Source: Anaeramoeba ignava BMAN
Taxonomy: Eukaryota; Protista; Anaeramoebae
Length of the DNA stretch: 64,000 nucleotides
Assembly (NCBI GenBank): GCA_028826165.1
Contig: JAPDFW010000134.1
Span: forward strand, 70,938-134,937
Direction of reading: 5' to 3'
Shown here one piece after another: positions 61,750 to 64,000 of this stretch. The translations under genes were made by a program, and so were the position numbers. Within the stretch, counting starts at the first letter, position 1; every line of letters begins with the position of its first letter. A model generated the notes under the pieces. The model saw nothing but the letters and a program-made list of their open reading frames with translations, did no database searches and had not been told where the DNA came from.

Positions 61750-63424
61750 TTAAATGAAATAAGTCTCAAGTTCATCAACAACCCATGAAGAATGAGAACC
61801 AGCTAAATAACTTTTAGCTTCATCTGTATTATAAGTAATTCCATCAGGAAGATTATAACGGCCACCAAAATTGGTTCGGCGACATTGAAGTGTAGAAGCT
61901 ATACTCACATCTCCACTGAACCCAAAACCTCCAAAAGTTGGACCTCTATCCTTATAATTATAAAAAATTGCATATTGTTCTTGACCTTTTTTAATTGTAA
62001 ACTTTTCTGGTTTTCTATCTCCTTTATCATTTCTTAATGAAAAAATAAATGCATTTTTATCATTTATCCATCCATAATTCTTTTTTAGGTTTTTTTCATT
62101 CCATTTTGATTTATCAGTTGTCCATCCAACTTGAGTAAATCCTCCAAAAATAAAATTTTGTTTTGTTTTGATAATAACTAGTGTTTTTCCTTTCCCATCA
62201 ACTGCTTTATGCCATTTTCTAGCAGAAAATCCATTTCTTTTTGCTGAATACCTTTTTTTCATTTTAAAAAAAAAATCATTATCATTTATCCATTCTTGTA
62301 ATTTCTTAATATATTCTTCTTCTGTAATAATTTTTGAATTTGAAAATTGAGGAAAATTCTTTTTGATTAGTTTTAATTTCTTTTCAAATTCCAAATCTTT
62401 TTGATATTGATCTCCATATTTATCAAAGGTTGGTTTCATTTTCTCAACTTCTTTCTTCCATTTCTCTTCAATTTCAATTTTCATTTGTTGATTTTCTTTT
62501 TCTTTCTTATCAATTTCTTTCTCTTTCTTTTCAACCTCTTTATCTTTGTTTTCAACTTCTTTTTGATTATCTTGAATAACTTGTGTTTGAATATCAACTA
62601 AAAAAGAATTTGGAAGAAAAATTTGAAATTGTTTTAATTTATCAAAATCTTGTTTTGAAATTGAATCTTTATCAAATAATGAAAAAAAAGAATGAAATAA
62701 TCTTTTCTTTTCAATTCCCTTTTCTTTTTCTTTTTCTTTTTCTTTCTTTCCTTTTAATCTTTTATTTCTTTTTTCAATCCAATTATTTAAAAATTGAAAA
62801 AAATCAAATTGAAAAATTTCTTTTTTTTCTTGTTTAAATTGAATAAATTTGATAATTTCTTCTTTAGTTAAATTAAATAAATTTTCATTATTTTGAATTT
62901 GGGAAAAATTTTGATTTATTAATTCAAAACATTTTATTTCAATTTCATTTGAATTTAAATTTCGATTTTGAATAAAAATTGGAAAAATTTGAATAATTAA
63001 TTGAATTTAAAATTTTTTTTTTGAATAATTTCTTTCAATAAATTTAATTTAAAATAAATTGAAATTTCAATAATTGAAGAAGATTTTCTTGATTCTCAAA
63101 AGAAATATTTCCATAATAAATATAACTCAAAATTGATTCCATTTCTTTTTATTAAATTGATTTAAAGAAATAGAAAGAGACTCTTGCCTTAATGACTCAT
63201 TAAAAAGGAGATCTTGAAGATAAAATTGATTTATGAACTTTTAATTTCAAAAGGATTTGATTTATTCTCAACAAAAATTGAAAAATCTTTAAATGAATTT
63301 CCATTTAAAAGGTTTGAATAATCTTTAATTAAATTTTTGTTACTTTTTTAAATTTTCACATTTCATTTTCATTTTCATTTTGATTTGCATTTTCAATTTG
63401 GTTATTATTATCATTATTATCCAT
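61750..63424 (-). CDS. BTB-BACK-coiled coil-TLDc protein with many homopolymer frameshifts in the 5' half (possible pseudogene)
   Basis: Intact TLDc ORF 61750-62484. Upstream fragments read 'FKDFSIFVENKSNPFEI','VHKSILSSRSPF','ILSYIYYGNISF', matching 54933-56360. ATG at 63424. Confidence 0.7.
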
Positions 63425-63789
63425 TTTGTTTTTTTGTTTTTGTTTTATTTTTGTTTTTGTTTTTAAAAAGGAAAAATGAAAAATTTAAAAATGAATAAAA
63501 AGTGGATTTTGAAAATAAATAAAAATATAAAAATGAGAATAAATTTAAATTAATAATTAATTTAATTTTTTTTAATTTATTATTTTAAATTAATTTATTA
63601 ATAAATTATTATTATTTTTATTAATTTTTATTATTAAAAAGGAAAATTATTTTAATTTAATTTTTAATTTAATTTTTGGAATTTAAAAATTATTAATAAA
63701 TTTAAATTTTAAAACAAATTTCCAAATTAATATTAATTCAATTTAATTCAAAAAGATAAAATTTTAATTTCAAAAATCAATTTTCAAAA

Positions 63790-64000
63790 TATTTTTAAAT
63801 AATAAAATATTTAAATCTAAAACATTAAATTATTATTTTAAACATAGAATTAAATATTAAATTATATTTTTAAATTAATTTATAAATTAAATATTAAATT
63901 AAAACCTATTTTCATTTTTATATTTATTTGTTTAATATTTAAATAATAAAATATTTAAATTTAAAACATTAAATTATTATTATATAAAATTAAATATTAA
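63790..64000 (-). repeat. Satellite A, third array, inverted orientation, runs off the window
   Basis: Reverse complement reads 'aataggttttaatttaatatttaatttataaattaatttaaaaatataatttaatatttaattctatgtttaaaataataatttaatgttttagatttaaatatttt'. Confidence 0.88.

Noticed and set aside
56598-63424. General programmed frameshifting or a non-standard genetic code explaining broken ORFs
   Set aside because: Breaks are +/-1 or 2 indels in homopolymers, concentrated in multicopy genes, as expected from long-read consensus errors. Conserved genes read normally and end in TAA or TGA.
1-64000. Inteins, transposases, tRNA/rRNA/snRNA genes, U12-type or non-GT-AG introns
   Set aside because: No Hint motifs, DDE/RT/Rep domains or GC-rich structured RNA segments were recognised. 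Every intron I could resolve fits GT-AG.

Overview
Gene-dense, extremely AT-rich eukaryotic (protist) nuclear DNA with spliceosomal GT-AG introns and the standard genetic code. The gene content (RCC1-BTB, kelch-BTB and BTB-TLDc expansions, QN/EN runs, TCATTTT initiator-like motifs) suggests an Anaeramoeba-like metamonad; this is inference. I reconstructed about 24 protein genes by hand. They include RRP1/Nop52-like, centriolin-like, kelch-BTB, a large helical protein, an MFS transporter, three BTB-TLDc genes, an FG-GAP/FN3 surface protein, UTP13, NCAPH2, PX-kelch, SPF45, an ENTH protein, ALIX, bacterial-type glycerate kinase, an EF-hand protein, four RCC1-BTB paralogues and a divergent actin. 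Most notable: (1) the RCC1-BTB array varies mainly in the short loops of each propeller blade, while the scaffold and BTB part stay nearly fixed, and it carries alternative prenylated and non-prenylated tails, consistent with a diversifying Cullin-3 adaptor repertoire; (2) a dispersed ~144-bp satellite element sits next to BTB-TLDc sequence at all three of its loci and brackets a two-gene cassette; (3) many introns are inflated, each by its own tandem repeat, and AAG acceptors are frequent. Many single-base frameshifts fall in homopolymers and are probably assembly errors. No RNA genes, CRISPR arrays, inteins or transposases were recognised.
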